Part shown: piece by piece, positions 1-9,746 of the stretch
Layout of the letters: the number at the start of each line of letters is the position of its first letter
Position numbering within the stretch: the stretch's first letter is position 1
Origin: an uncultured Bacteroidales bacterium
GTDB lineage: Bacteria > Bacteroidota > Bacteroidia > Bacteroidales > UBA932
Direction: 5' to 3'
Assembly (NCBI GenBank): GCA_947305645.1
Contig: CAMZEC010000001.1
Coordinates: forward strand, 44,880-108,879
Length of the DNA stretch: 64,000 bases
Position numbers and translations under genes: made by a program
The notes under the pieces: model-generated
Seen by the model: the letters and a program-made list of their open reading frames with translations, nothing else
What the model was told of the DNA's origin: nothing
Databases searched by the model: none

Positions 1-2374
1 GCATGCCTTCGATCTCGGTATCGACGGAAGAAGACTCGTCCTTGACCTTGTAGGAGGTCGTGATCTTCATCTGGGAGTCACCACCGAACTGCTTGACCTC
101 AACGGAAGACTCGGGATCTGCAGCGTTGAACACGTCGTTCACAGCGGCACGGACGGCCTCTGCGGTGACGGGCTGGTCGAAGCGTACCACGTAGGTGCGG
201 CCGCCGGTGAAGTCGACGCCGTAGGTAAAGCCCTTGAAGAAGATGGAACCGAGGGAGATGACGATCAGGGCACCGGAAACGATGTAGGAGATCTTGCGTC
301 CCTTGATGAAGTCGATGTTGGTGTTCTTCAGGAAGTTCTTGGACCAGTTCCACTCGAAGCTGACGCTCTTGCCCTTGTTCACGCGGTCGTCGATGATGAG
401 ACGGGTGATGAAGATGGAGGTAAGGACGGAGGTGATGATACCGATGATGAGCGTGGTGGCGAAGCCCTTGATAGGACCGGAACCGAAGAAGAACAGCACC
501 AGACCGGTGAGGAGGGTGGTCAGCTGACCGTCGAAGATGGCGGAGTAAGCGTTCTGGTAACCGTCGTGGACGGCCTTGCCCATACCCTTGCCGGCCTTGA
601 GCTCTTCCTTGATACGCTCATATATAATAACGTTGGCGTCCACTGCCATACCCAGGGTCAACACCAGACCGGCGATACCGGGCAGGGTGAGCACTGCGCC
701 GAAGGATGCGAGGGTGCCGAAGAGCAGCAGCACGTTGGTCAGCAGAGCTGCATCTGCCACGAGACCTGCACCCTTGTAGAAGAGGATCATGTAGATCAGC
801 ACGAGGATGAAGGCGATGATGAAGGAGATGAGACCTGCCCTGATGGACTCGGCACCGAGGGAAGGACCTACGACCTGCTCCTGCACGATGGTGGCGGGGG
901 CGGGGAGCTTACCGGACTTGAGAACGTTGGTAAGGTCGGTTGCCTCCTCCATGGTGAAGTGGCCGCTGATTTCGGAAGAACCGCCGGTAATCTCACCGTT
1001 GACGGTAGGATAGGAATAGACGGTACCGTCAAGCACGATGGCGATCTGCTTGCCGATGTTGTCCTTGGTCAGGCGGGCCCACACGTTGGCGCCCTCTGCG
1101 TTCATAGTCATGGACACGGAAGGGTTGCCGCCGCGGCGGTCGTTTGTGGTGACGCGGGCGTCGGTAACTACACCGCCGTCCAGAGGGGCTTTGCCGTCAC
1201 GGCTGGAAGACTTGATGGCGATGAGCTCGAAGATGTTGTCGGTGGCCATGTTCTCTGCGGGCTTCACGCTCCACATGGGGCGGAACTCGGCAGGGAAGAG
1301 GTCGGCAACCTCGGGCATGCGGAGGTACTTGCCAACCGCTGCGGTATCGGCAGCCGCTGCATAACCTATGCAGGCGTTGCCCCTGTAGTTCGTAGGCTGG
1401 AGCACTGCGAACAGAGGGTTGGCCTTCTTGTAAGCGGCCAGGTTGTCGTCGCTCTCGCTCTGAGCCTTGAGCTCCTCGGCTACGAGGTCTCCGGCCTCGG
1501 ACTTCTCCTCAACTGCGGTCTCGTCCTCGGCGGCAGCGTACTGTGCCAGGAGGGCGTTGGCTTCCTGCAGGTAAGGGGTGATCTCGGCAGCGTCGAACGT
1601 TGTCCAGAACTCGAGGGAAGCGGTTCCCTGGAGCAGCTTACGCACACGCTCAGGCTCCTTCACGCCAGGGAGTTCCACGAGGATGCGGCCGGTGTTGCCG
1701 ATCTTCTGGATGGAAGGCTGGGTGACGCCGAAGCGGTCGATACGGTTGCGGAGAACGTTGAAGGAGTTGGAGATTGCGCTCTCGGCTTCTTCCTTGATCA
1801 CGGCGATGACCTGCTCGTCGGTGGATTCGGGCTTGATGCGGTCGCGCATCTCATAGGTGCCGAATACCTGGGACAGCCTCTGGCCGCCGGTGATGGTCTT
1901 CCACTCTTCTGCGAAGAGGGTGATGAAGTCGCTCTGGGAGTTGACCATGCGGGCCTTGGCGTTGGCGAGGGCCTTCTGGAATTCAGGGCTCTGGTTGTTG
2001 CCGGACAGTGCACGCACGAGATCCTCGAGCTGAACCTGCAGCATGACGTTCATACCGCCTTTGAGGTCCAGACCCAGGTTGATCTCCTTGGCCTTAACTT
2101 CTTTGAATGTGTTTCCGAAATAAACTTTCTGGGAAGAAATGGAGTCTGTGTACCTCTTTTCTTCGTTCTTCTTCAGTGAATCAAGGAAATAAGCTTGATC
2201 CTCTGCGGCAACCCTGGCGAACTCGGTGGTCTGGCTGAAAGCCTCCGCCTTGGCAGCTGCCACCTTCGCGGCCTTCTTCTCCTGGATGCTGGTAACAGCG
2301 GTGAAGGAAAGCTGCCACAGGCAGGCGATTGCGAGCAGGATTGCTACAAGTCTGATTGCTCCTTTACTTTGCAT
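1..2374 (-). CDS. secDF: Protein translocase SecDF fusion (3' end outside window)
   Basis: ATG at 2374 (MQSKGAIRL...). SecD motifs LGLDLKGG, GMAVDANV and IKGFATT, then SecF GVDFTGGR. Frame is consistent at both ends checked and runs off the window edge. Confidence 0.95.
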   Translation of the reverse strand, partial: MQSKGAIRLVAILLAIACLWQLSFTAVTSIQEKKAAKVAAAKAEAFSQTTEFARVAAEDQAYFLDSLKKNEEKRYTDSISSQKVYFGNTFKEVKAKEINLGLDLKGGMNVMLQVQLEDLVRALSGNNQSPEFQKALANAKARMVNSQSDFITLFAEEWKTITGGQRLSQVFGTYEMRDRIKPESTDEQVIAVIKEEAESAISNSFNVLRNRIDRFGVTQPSIQKIGNTGRILVELPGVKEPERVRKLLQGTASLEFWTTFDAAEITPYLQEANALLAQYAAAEDETAVEEKSEAGDLVAEELKAQSESDDNLAAYKKANPLFAVLQPTNYRGNACIGYAAAADTAAVGKYLRMPEVADLFPAEFRPMWSVKPAENMATDNIFELIAIKSSSRDGKAPLDGGVVTDARVTTNDRRGGNPSVSMTMNAEGANVWARLTKDNIGKQIAIVLDGTVYSYPTVNGEITGGSSEISGHFTMEEATDLTNVLKSGKLPAPATIVQEQVVGPSLGAESIRAGLISFIIAFILVLIYMILFYKGAGLVADAALLTNVLLLFGTLASFGAVLTLPGIAGLVLTLGMAVDANVIIYERIKEELKAGKGMGKAVHDGYQNAYSAIFDGQLTTLLTGLVLFFFGSGPIKGFATTLIIGIITSVLTSIFITRLIIDDRVNKGKSVSFEWNWSKNFLKNTNIDFIKGRKISYIVSGALIVISLGSIFFKGFTYGVDFTGGRTYVVRFDQPVTAEAVRAAVNDVFNAADPESSVEVKQFGGDSQMKITTSYKVKDESSSVDTEIEGM

Positions 2375-2471
2375 AATTATCGTTAATATTGAATATTTTC
2401 AAAAATAGTTCGCAAAGTTAGTATATTTAATCAAAAAAGAAAATAATATGTGTTATATTCGCGTTTCAGAT

Positions 2472-3602
2472 ATGGAAAAGTCGAATATTATTGACACAAA
2501 CAAGCGCCTTGCGAGCCTTGACGCCCTGAGGGGTTTCGACATGCTTTTCATCATGGGTTTTGCGTCCCTGGTGATAGCAATTTGCAAGCTTTTTCCGGAC
2601 GGGACGGAATCCTGGATTTATCAGCAGATGAACCATGTGGATTGGAACGGTCTTACGCACCACGACACCATTTTTCCCTTGTTCATTTTCATCGCCGGCA
2701 TTTCGTTCCCGTTCTCCTATGCCAAGCAGACGGAGAATGGTGTGCCGCGCTGGAAGATATACTGGAAGGCCATCCGGCGCGCTCTGGTGCTCGTTTTGTT
2801 CGGCCTGATCTGCAACGGCCTGCTGAAGTTCCAGTTCGCAGACCTGCGCTATTGCAGCGTGCTTGCGCGCATAGGTCTTGCGGGCATGTTCGCGTCCATA
2901 CTGTTCATGAATTTCAAACCGTGGGCGCGGGCGATTATTGCCGCCGTTCTGCTGGTCGGCTATTGGCTGCTGGTCGGCTTTGTGGTGGCGCCCGATGCTC
3001 CTCCGGGAGCGGGCCCGCTTACGCTGGAGGGCAATATGGTGGGATATGTGGACCGCTGCCTTTTCCCCGGACACCTGTACAAGTACGCCGGGGGCATTTT
3101 CGACCCCGAGGGCGTTCTGAGCACGGTTCCCGCAATCGTGACCGCAATGCTTGGCATGTTCGCCGGCGAGTGGGTGCGCAGGCGGGACGTGAGCGAGCGC
3201 AAGAAGGTGCTGGGAATGGTCGCTGCGGCCGCCGTGCTGCTTGTTGTCGGCCTTGTCTGGTCCCACTGGTTCCCGCTTAACAAGAAGCTCTGGACCAGCA
3301 GCTTCGTGCTGGTTACGGGGGCCTACTCGCTAGCGCTCTTCGCCCTGTTCTACTGGATAATAGACGTCAAGGGCTGGAAGGGTTGGATTCTGCCGCTTAC
3401 AGTGATTGGCATGAATTCCATAACTATCTTTATGGCGCCCAGAATCATTAACTTTAAGTTCGCCACAGATTTCTTCCTCGAAGGCCTCTGCGGCCTGATG
3501 GATCCGCTTTGGGCAAAAGTGGTCTGGCAATGCGGCTACCTTGCCCTGGTCTGGCTATTCCTGTATTTCCTCTATAAGAAGAAGATCTTCCTGAAGGTGT
3601 AG
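2472..3602 (+). CDS. HGSNAT/NagX-like (DUF5009-type) membrane acyltransferase
   Basis: RLASLDALRGFDM, HVDWNG..DTIFPLFIFIAG, DPEG.LS and P.NKKLWTSSF motifs; multiple TM segments. Confidence 0.85.
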   Translation: MEKSNIIDTNKRLASLDALRGFDMLFIMGFASLVIAICKLFPDGTESWIYQQMNHVDWNGLTHHDTIFPLFIFIAGISFPFSYAKQTENGVPRWKIYWKAIRRALVLVLFGLICNGLLKFQFADLRYCSVLARIGLAGMFASILFMNFKPWARAIIAAVLLVGYWLLVGFVVAPDAPPGAGPLTLEGNMVGYVDRCLFPGHLYKYAGGIFDPEGVLSTVPAIVTAMLGMFAGEWVRRRDVSERKKVLGMVAAAAVLLVVGLVWSHWFPLNKKLWTSSFVLVTGAYSLALFALFYWIIDVKGWKGWILPLTVIGMNSITIFMAPRIINFKFATDFFLEGLCGLMDPLWAKVVWQCGYLALVWLFLYFLYKKKIFLKV

Positions 3603-3612
3603 CGCCTCCGGG

Positions 3613-4146
3613 CTAGAAAGCCCAGCCGACGTTCAAGCAAAGAGATGTAAACCCCGGGCTGCCGAGTACGGGGGTTTTGAAATCAACGGCAACGCGCAGA
3701 TGTTGAAACAGTTCCAGCCCAAGTCTTGCGTCTGCCATAGCCAGGAAGGAACCAGCCCAAAGGTAATCTAAGGTATTATTATGCATGCCTAGTCCGGGGC
3801 CGACACCTATGCCGATAAAAGGATTGACTGTTTTACCGGGAAACAGATTGAAATCGGCTACCGCAAGAATGTCAGTGGAAATGGCCCAAGGATTAGCGTT
3901 ATAGGAAGCATGACTCTCCATAGGGCCCCCTTGGACATCCAACCTTGCTCCTGCATCGAAATGACGGCCGATGCCCCAGCGATACTCTCCATATACGCCA
4001 ACCCTGTAAAGCAAACGGGAGGTTTTTGTTGTTATCACTTCTTTCCCCATAGGAAAGAAATTGGCACCTATTTCCATCCTGTTCTGTGCCATAAGGTTAG
4101 TGACACAGAACAAGGTAAGTAAAGAAAGAAGAAAGATTCTTTTCAT
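3613..4146 (-). CDS. Small outer-membrane beta-barrel protein
   Basis: Signal peptide, amphipathic strands, PFIGIGVG, C-terminal aromatic NVGWAF. Confidence 0.7.
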   Translation of the reverse strand: MKRIFLLSLLTLFCVTNLMAQNRMEIGANFFPMGKEVITTKTSRLLYRVGVYGEYRWGIGRHFDAGARLDVQGGPMESHASYNANPWAISTDILAVADFNLFPGKTVNPFIGIGVGPGLGMHNNTLDYLWAGSFLAMADARLGLELFQHLRVAVDFKTPVLGSPGFTSLCLNVGWAF

Positions 4147-4189
4147 AATATGGATAATGTCAAGGGATTCTTATGCTCTTTAGATGCAT

Positions 4190-4962
4190 TTAGATTGCTT
4201 TTCGTTGCATTTGACCCTCTTGATCTTGTAGTTTTGCGAGTTGCTCAGGCGTAAGGCCGGAGTACTTGGCGACTTGTTCAGGAGCCAAGCCGTCCGCCAG
4301 CATTGCTTTTGCAATCCGCTGCCGCTCATCGTCCCTGGCGAAGTTTATTTCTGCCCAACGGTCTATCTCTGTTCTCATATCTGATTCGTATTCTTTTAAT
4401 TGCTCCATCGTCAGGTTGGCCAGCTTAGCGGCGGCAGCAAGCTTGCCCAATAAGGGGTCTTCCCATTCCTGAGCTCATAGCGGCTTATGTAACCGTCTTC
4501 GAGAGTGTCGCTGTGTTCGTGAGCCAACTTGAAGTTTACAATGCTCACCACGTAAACGGGGTTGATGGAATAATCCATCTTGTCCAGTTTGTCCTCTTTT
4601 GCGAGTTTGTTCCTTTTATTCTCCATCTGTTCACGTATAGGAAAGTAGGAGTAGAACAGTACTCGCTCGCGGAAACTCTTTTTGTCGGCATTTTGCAGCT
4701 CTACAAGGAACTCCTCTCCTGTGTCGTCGTCTCTGCACAACAAGTCAAAGGTAGCAGATTTTTCTGAATTAATCAATCCGTGATACTCTTTGTTGAGAAG
4801 GGTAAGGGATGTGATGTGCTTATCTGGAATCAGAAGTTTTAGAATATCGATGAAAAGATCGGCATGGGCCTGGGTTCCCAGAACTGTTTTTAAGGTGGAG
4901 TCAAAGAGGAGGCAGGTATACTTTCCTTTTGTGCCCTCAAGGGGTGATAATTGTTTTGTCAT
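4190..4962 (-). pseudogene. Rpn/PD-(D/E)XK nuclease family putative transposase, internally deleted and frameshifted
   Basis: N-half 4411-4962 has FDLLCRD..GEEFLVELQ. C-half 4190-4450 is in another frame and has the typical IAKAMLADGL..EQVAKYSGL tail. The central segment is missing. Confidence 0.85.
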
Positions 4963-5082
4963 AGTTTTGCTGGTTTAATTATAAACACGTAATACTATGC
5001 ACAACTTCGTCACACCATGATAAAAATCGTAAATATCTTATTTGCTAATAATTCTTTCGAAAAAGTTGTAGTTGCATATCAT

Positions 5083-5304
5083 GCCGCTGCGAAGCGAGAC
5101 AGTGTTCTGGGAGCGGCGACCCGTGTCCACCCTCGGACACGTTAGAGGGAGGGGCCCATCAAAGATTACCAAGACAGGGGGTGTCGGGGGGTACGCCCCC
5201 CGTCCCCTAGGGGTGCAGGGGGATAGTAGGTCCCAGCGGGACGCTGGGATGAGCGCGAAGCGCGACGGTCTGCCGCCCCAGAATACTGCAAGCGTAGCAA
5301 CGGC
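5083..5304. repeat. Palindromic repeat family A, intergenic copy
   Basis: Outer IR 5100-5111/5277-5288. 5175-5229 is 53/55 identical to 29498-29552. Contains GGGAGGGGCCCA and GGGATGAGCG, shared with the coding copies. Confidence 0.85.
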
Positions 5305-5388
5305 GCGGGGAATACTACTGGCGCGAAGTGACTGTCACACCCCATTTTATCACGGCGCGGGCGTTTTTCCGCAAAAACCGCCCGAAAA

Positions 5389-5436
5389 CAACCAGTGACG
5401 TGAACCTGAATGGTGTCAGAGTCACGTCACTGGTTG
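5389..5436 (-). terminator. Hairpin downstream of glyS, probable terminator or REP-like palindrome
   Basis: Perfect 15-bp IR CAACCAGTGACGTGA/TCACGTCACTGGTTG, followed by TTTT on the minus strand. Confidence 0.5.
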
Positions 5437-5470
5437 AAAATGAGATATCGCTGGCGCCCCCCCCTGCCGA

Positions 5471-7009
5471 TTACAGATTCCTCAGCAGGTTGTTCAGGTT
5501 GACCCGCTTGTCAATCAGGGCGCGAAGCTCTGCAATCGGAACGCGCTCCTGAGACATGGTGTCGCGCTCGCGAACGGTAACGCAGTGGTCCTCCAGGGAC
5601 TGATGGTCAACGGTGATGCAGAACGGGGTGCCGATGGCATCCTGGCGGCGGTAGCGCTTGCCGATGGAGTCCTTCTCCTCGTACTGGCAGTTGAAGTCGA
5701 ACTTCAGCTCGTCCATGACTTCCTGCGCCAGCTCGGGCAGGCCGTCCTTCTTGACCAGCGGCAGCACGGCGGCCTTCACCGGGGCGAGAGGGGCGGGAAT
5801 CGATAGCACCACGCGGGTCTCGCCGTTCTCCAGCTGCTCCTCCTTCAGTGAATGAGAAAGCACGGCCAGCACCATACGGTCCACGCCGATGGAGGTCTCC
5901 ACCACGTAAGGAGTGTAGGCGGCGCCTTCTTCCGGGTCGAAGTACTCGATCTTGCGGCCGGAGTACTGCTGATGCCTGCCGAGGTCCCAGTTGGTACGGC
6001 TGTGGATGCCCTCCAGCTCCTTGAATCCGAAGGGGAACTGGAACTCGATGTCGGTAGCGGCGTTGGCGTAGTGGGCCAGCTTCTCATGGTCGTGGAAGCG
6101 GTAGTTCTCGGCTCCCATGCCGATGTTTACGTGCCACTTCATACGCTGCTCCTTCCACTTCTTGAACCACTCCAGTTCGGTGCCCGGCTTGATGAAGAAC
6201 TGCATCTCCATCTGCTCGAACTCCCTCATGCGAAAGATGAACTGACGGGCTACGATCTCGTTGCGGAAGGCCTTGCCAATCTGTGCGATACCGAAAGGAA
6301 TCTTCATGCGGCCGGTCTTCTGAACGTTGAGGTAGTTCACGAAGATGCCCTGGGCGGTCTCCGGACGCAGGTAGATGGTATTTGCGCCCTCGGCGGTAGA
6401 GCCCATGGAGGTGCTGAACATCAGGTTGAACTGGCGCACGTCGGTCCAGTTGCAGGTGCCGCTGATGGGGCAGACGATGTTGTTGTCGATAATTATCTGG
6501 CGGTACTCGGCAAGGTCGTTGGCGTCCTCGGCCTTCTTGTAGCGGTTGTGGACCTCGTCGTACTTGGCCTGCTCGCGCAGCACGTTGGGGTTGGTGGCAC
6601 GGAACTGGGCCTCGTCGAAAGCGTCGCCGAAGCGCTTGCGTCCCTTCTCCACCTCCTTGTTCATCTTCTCCTCTATCTTGGCCAGGTAGTCCTCGATGAG
6701 CACGTCGGCCCTATACCTCTTCTTGGAGTCCTTATTGTCGATCAGGGGGTCGTTGAAGGCACCCACGTGGCCGGAAGCCTCCCAAATGCGGGGATGCATG
6801 AAGATGCATGAATCGATGCCCACGATGTTCTCGTTGAGGCGAGTCATGGCGTTCCACCAATACTGCTTTATATTGTTCTTGAGCTCAACGCCCATCTGGC
6901 CGTAGTCGTAAACTGCGGCAAGACCGTCGTAAATTTCACTCGAAGGGAAAATGAATCCGTATTCCTTGCAATGTGCGACAAGCACTTTAAAAAGTTCGTC
7001 CTGTGTCAT
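5471..7009 (-). CDS. glyS: Glycine--tRNA ligase (alpha2 type)
   Basis: SSEIYDG, YLRPETAQG, FRNEI..FIFRMREFEQME, IGKRYRRQDAIGTP. Confidence 0.97.
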   Translation of the reverse strand: MTQDELFKVLVAHCKEYGFIFPSSEIYDGLAAVYDYGQMGVELKNNIKQYWWNAMTRLNENIVGIDSCIFMHPRIWEASGHVGAFNDPLIDNKDSKKRYRADVLIEDYLAKIEEKMNKEVEKGRKRFGDAFDEAQFRATNPNVLREQAKYDEVHNRYKKAEDANDLAEYRQIIIDNNIVCPISGTCNWTDVRQFNLMFSTSMGSTAEGANTIYLRPETAQGIFVNYLNVQKTGRMKIPFGIAQIGKAFRNEIVARQFIFRMREFEQMEMQFFIKPGTELEWFKKWKEQRMKWHVNIGMGAENYRFHDHEKLAHYANAATDIEFQFPFGFKELEGIHSRTNWDLGRHQQYSGRKIEYFDPEEGAAYTPYVVETSIGVDRMVLAVLSHSLKEEQLENGETRVVLSIPAPLAPVKAAVLPLVKKDGLPELAQEVMDELKFDFNCQYEEKDSIGKRYRRQDAIGTPFCITVDHQSLEDHCVTVRERDTMSQERVPIAELRALIDKRVNLNNLLRNL

Positions 7010-7015
7010 TTTCTT

Positions 7016-8890
7016 CTATTGATTGTATCTGTTAGAATCTTTAAGCATTCCTATTATTTCCACGTTCAGCGAGGAGGCCTTCAGCAGCTCCGCGGCGTCC
7101 AGGTGCATGCGGAAGCGCCAGTGGTGGTTGGGGTCGGCCGGCTGGTTGATGCGCTCGTTCTCGAAGTCCTTGCGACGGAGCTTGCCGTCCAGGGCCACCC
7201 AGTCCTGCAGGGGGAAGATGGCGAGCATGGGTGCGGACTCCAGGTGACCCCACAGGGCGCGGCGGACTTCCCACGGCTCCATGTCGGCACCTGTCTCTTC
7301 CGCGTGCTGCATGCGCAGGGTCGCCATGTCGTGCGACGAAGAGGCGCAGACGGCCAGGTACGGCCAGGGGCGTCCCTTGTCCATGTTGGACATCTCCAGC
7401 GACAGTATGGTCTCGTGCTCCATCACTCCGGGCACGCAGTCGGGCACCATTCCGAGGTCCTCTCCGCAGGCGAGCATGCCGGTGACGTCCAGCAGTTCCG
7501 GGAGCTTGCGCTCGGCGTTGTGGCGCCACAGGCCGTCGTTGCGATGGAAGAAGAAGTCGTTATAGATGGCGCCGAACACCTCCTGCTGCCACTGCGGCAG
7601 GCTGGCGGACTCGGGCAGGATGCGCGGCTGCACGCAACCGGGGTTGCGCGGGTCGGGCAGGAAGAGGCCCTCCAGCGGCAGGCCGGCGGCGCGAATCTCA
7701 TCCTCGGCGTACGGGATCGCAGGGTTGAAGTGACCCATGGAGCCGCTCTTGTACTGCGAAGGGATCTCCCAGATGCGGAAGAAACCGAGTATGTGGTCGA
7801 TGCGGAAGGCGTCGAAGTATTCGCTCATCTTGCGGAGGCGTGCCTTCCACCAGGCGTAGCCGTCCCTGGCCATCTCTTCCCAGTTGTAGGTGGGGAAGCC
7901 CCAGTTCTGGCCCTCGGCGCTGAAGAAATCCGGCGGTGCGCCGGCGCTCGAGTCGAGGTTGAAGAGTTGCGGGTGGAAGTAAGCGTCTGCGCTGTCGGCA
8001 CTTACGCCGATGGGCAGGTCGCCCTTGAAATGTATGCCTTTGCCGCGGGCGTACGCTACCTCGCTGGCGAACTGGATGTCCAGGTGCCACTGTATCCAGC
8101 GCCAGTAGTCGGCCTCGTTGCCGTCGCGCCTGGCGCAGAATTCGGCATACTCGTCGAGCCAGTAGGCGTTGGCCTTCACGAACTTCTTATAAGCGGCGGA
8201 CGCCATATCCTTGGCGCCATGGTCCTCCCACGCCTTGCGCACAAGGGCCATTTTCTTCTTGAACACCTTGGGGTAGTCTATCTCCGGCAGGGCGTTAAGC
8301 TCCTTCTGTGCGCGCTTGAAAGCGGCATCCTCCTTCACGCCTATCTCCTGCAGGCGTAGGTACAGCGGGTGGAGGGCGAAGGATGATATGGGGCTGTAGG
8401 GGTAGGAGTCTTTCCACTGGCCCTTGCGGGTGGTGTCGCTGACCGGCAGCAGTTGGATGATGCACAGTCCGGTAGCTGCGGCCCAGTCGGTAAGGGCATG
8501 CAGGTCGCGGAAGTCACCGATTCCGAAGTCGTCGGCACTGCGCAGGGAGAACACCGGAACGGCCACTCCGGCACCTCTGAAGCCAGGACGGTCGAATAGC
8601 TCGGCCGTGTGTTTGCGCACGAAGGGGCATCCCGGGATGGGGCAGTCGTGCCAGTTGTCTTCAATTAAGGCGGCGGAGGCGCTGCTGTGGTGGGACCATT
8701 CGCTGCGGGCGATCACGCCGTCCCTCATTACGACATACCAATAGTCTTTCAGTGCGGCTGCGGGCACGTTGACGGTGGCGCTCCATACGGCGCCCTCGTT
8801 CCATGTCATGGGATATTTGGTGTCTTGCAGCACAACGCAGAGGTTCTCGCCCCATTGCGTTTCGTAGTGTATCTTAAATGTGGTTTTCAT
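7016..8890 (-). CDS. malQ: 4-alpha-glucanotransferase (GH77) with N-terminal CBM20-like region
   Basis: GVAVPVFSLRS, KGDLPIG, GAPPD.F...GQNWGFP, RIDHILGFFRIW, GEDLG. Confidence 0.92.
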   Translation of the reverse strand: MKTTFKIHYETQWGENLCVVLQDTKYPMTWNEGAVWSATVNVPAAALKDYWYVVMRDGVIARSEWSHHSSASAALIEDNWHDCPIPGCPFVRKHTAELFDRPGFRGAGVAVPVFSLRSADDFGIGDFRDLHALTDWAAATGLCIIQLLPVSDTTRKGQWKDSYPYSPISSFALHPLYLRLQEIGVKEDAAFKRAQKELNALPEIDYPKVFKKKMALVRKAWEDHGAKDMASAAYKKFVKANAYWLDEYAEFCARRDGNEADYWRWIQWHLDIQFASEVAYARGKGIHFKGDLPIGVSADSADAYFHPQLFNLDSSAGAPPDFFSAEGQNWGFPTYNWEEMARDGYAWWKARLRKMSEYFDAFRIDHILGFFRIWEIPSQYKSGSMGHFNPAIPYAEDEIRAAGLPLEGLFLPDPRNPGCVQPRILPESASLPQWQQEVFGAIYNDFFFHRNDGLWRHNAERKLPELLDVTGMLACGEDLGMVPDCVPGVMEHETILSLEMSNMDKGRPWPYLAVCASSSHDMATLRMQHAEETGADMEPWEVRRALWGHLESAPMLAIFPLQDWVALDGKLRRKDFENERINQPADPNHHWRFRMHLDAAELLKASSLNVEIIGMLKDSNRYNQ

Positions 8891-8951
8891 CCTTTCAGTC
8901 TGATAGCCGTTCGCTGTCGCTCACTCTCACGATTGGCATCATTCGGTTTCA

Positions 8952-9746
8952 CTATAGTTTGTAATAACTTCTCAGAATCGCCGCAAACCAGCTGGCGGGC
9001 AGAATTGCCTTCAGGAACACCGACAGGCGCTGCTCCAGGGTAGAAATGATATAGCTGTAGCGGGGGTTCTCCGCCTTTACTATCTTACTTATCCTGGCTG
9101 CGAGATACTCGGGCTTGAGGCCGCTGGTTTCGTCATGCTCTATGCTCTGCAGGGAACGGGCGTAGGAGGGATATGCCTCGTGCGCCTCTTTGTCTGCTAC
9201 CGAGTCGCGGCTGGCGGTAAAGCCGGTGGCGAAGTCGCCCGGCTCCACTACCACCACCTTTATGCCGTGGGCGCGAACCTCCATGCGGAGGGCCTCACAA
9301 TAGCCTTCGATGGCGAATTTGCTGGCGGAGTACAGTCCCTGGAACGGGAGGCCCATGAGGCCGCCGATGGAGCTGAAGCAAATGATCTTGCCGCCCTTCT
9401 GCTTGCGCATGACCGGAAGAACGTAGTGCAGGCAGCGCACCATGCCCATCCAGTTCACGTCCATCTGCGTTTCGGCCTGCCTGGTGGTGCTGAATTCCAG
9501 CGGTCCGCCAATGCCCATGCCGGCGTTGTTGATGAAAACGTCTATGCGACCCTGCTCGTCCAGGACGCGCTGAACGGCATTCTTGCAGTCTTCCTCGTTG
9601 CGGACGTCAGCCTTGATGTAGGTGACTCCGGGAATGGTTTCGGAGTCTTTGCGGTGGGTTCCGTAAACCGTGTGACCATCGGCCTTGAGCCTTTCTGCCA
9701 TAGCCCTCCCGAAGCCGGAGGTGATGCCCGTAATGAGGATTATCAT
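8952..9746 (-). CDS. SDR-family oxidoreductase, translationally coupled to spt
   Basis: TGITSGFG, NNAG, YSASK; ATGA overlap with the spt stop. Confidence 0.9.
   Translation of the reverse strand: MIILITGITSGFGRAMAERLKADGHTVYGTHRKDSETIPGVTYIKADVRNEEDCKNAVQRVLDEQGRIDVFINNAGMGIGGPLEFSTTRQAETQMDVNWMGMVRCLHYVLPVMRKQKGGKIICFSSIGGLMGLPFQGLYSASKFAIEGYCEALRMEVRAHGIKVVVVEPGDFATGFTASRDSVADKEAHEAYPSYARSLQSIEHDETSGLKPEYLAARISKIVKAENPRYSYIISTLEQRLSVFLKAILPASWFAAILRSYYKL

Noticed and set aside
566-2179. 537-aa plus-strand ORF (also 20290-22113, 58625-60898, 6971-8359 and others)
   Set aside because: Antisense shadows of secDF, glnA, topA and malQ caused by high GC3 codon bias; no motifs
5072-5398. 108-aa ORF
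   Set aside because: It is a translation of the intergenic repeat region
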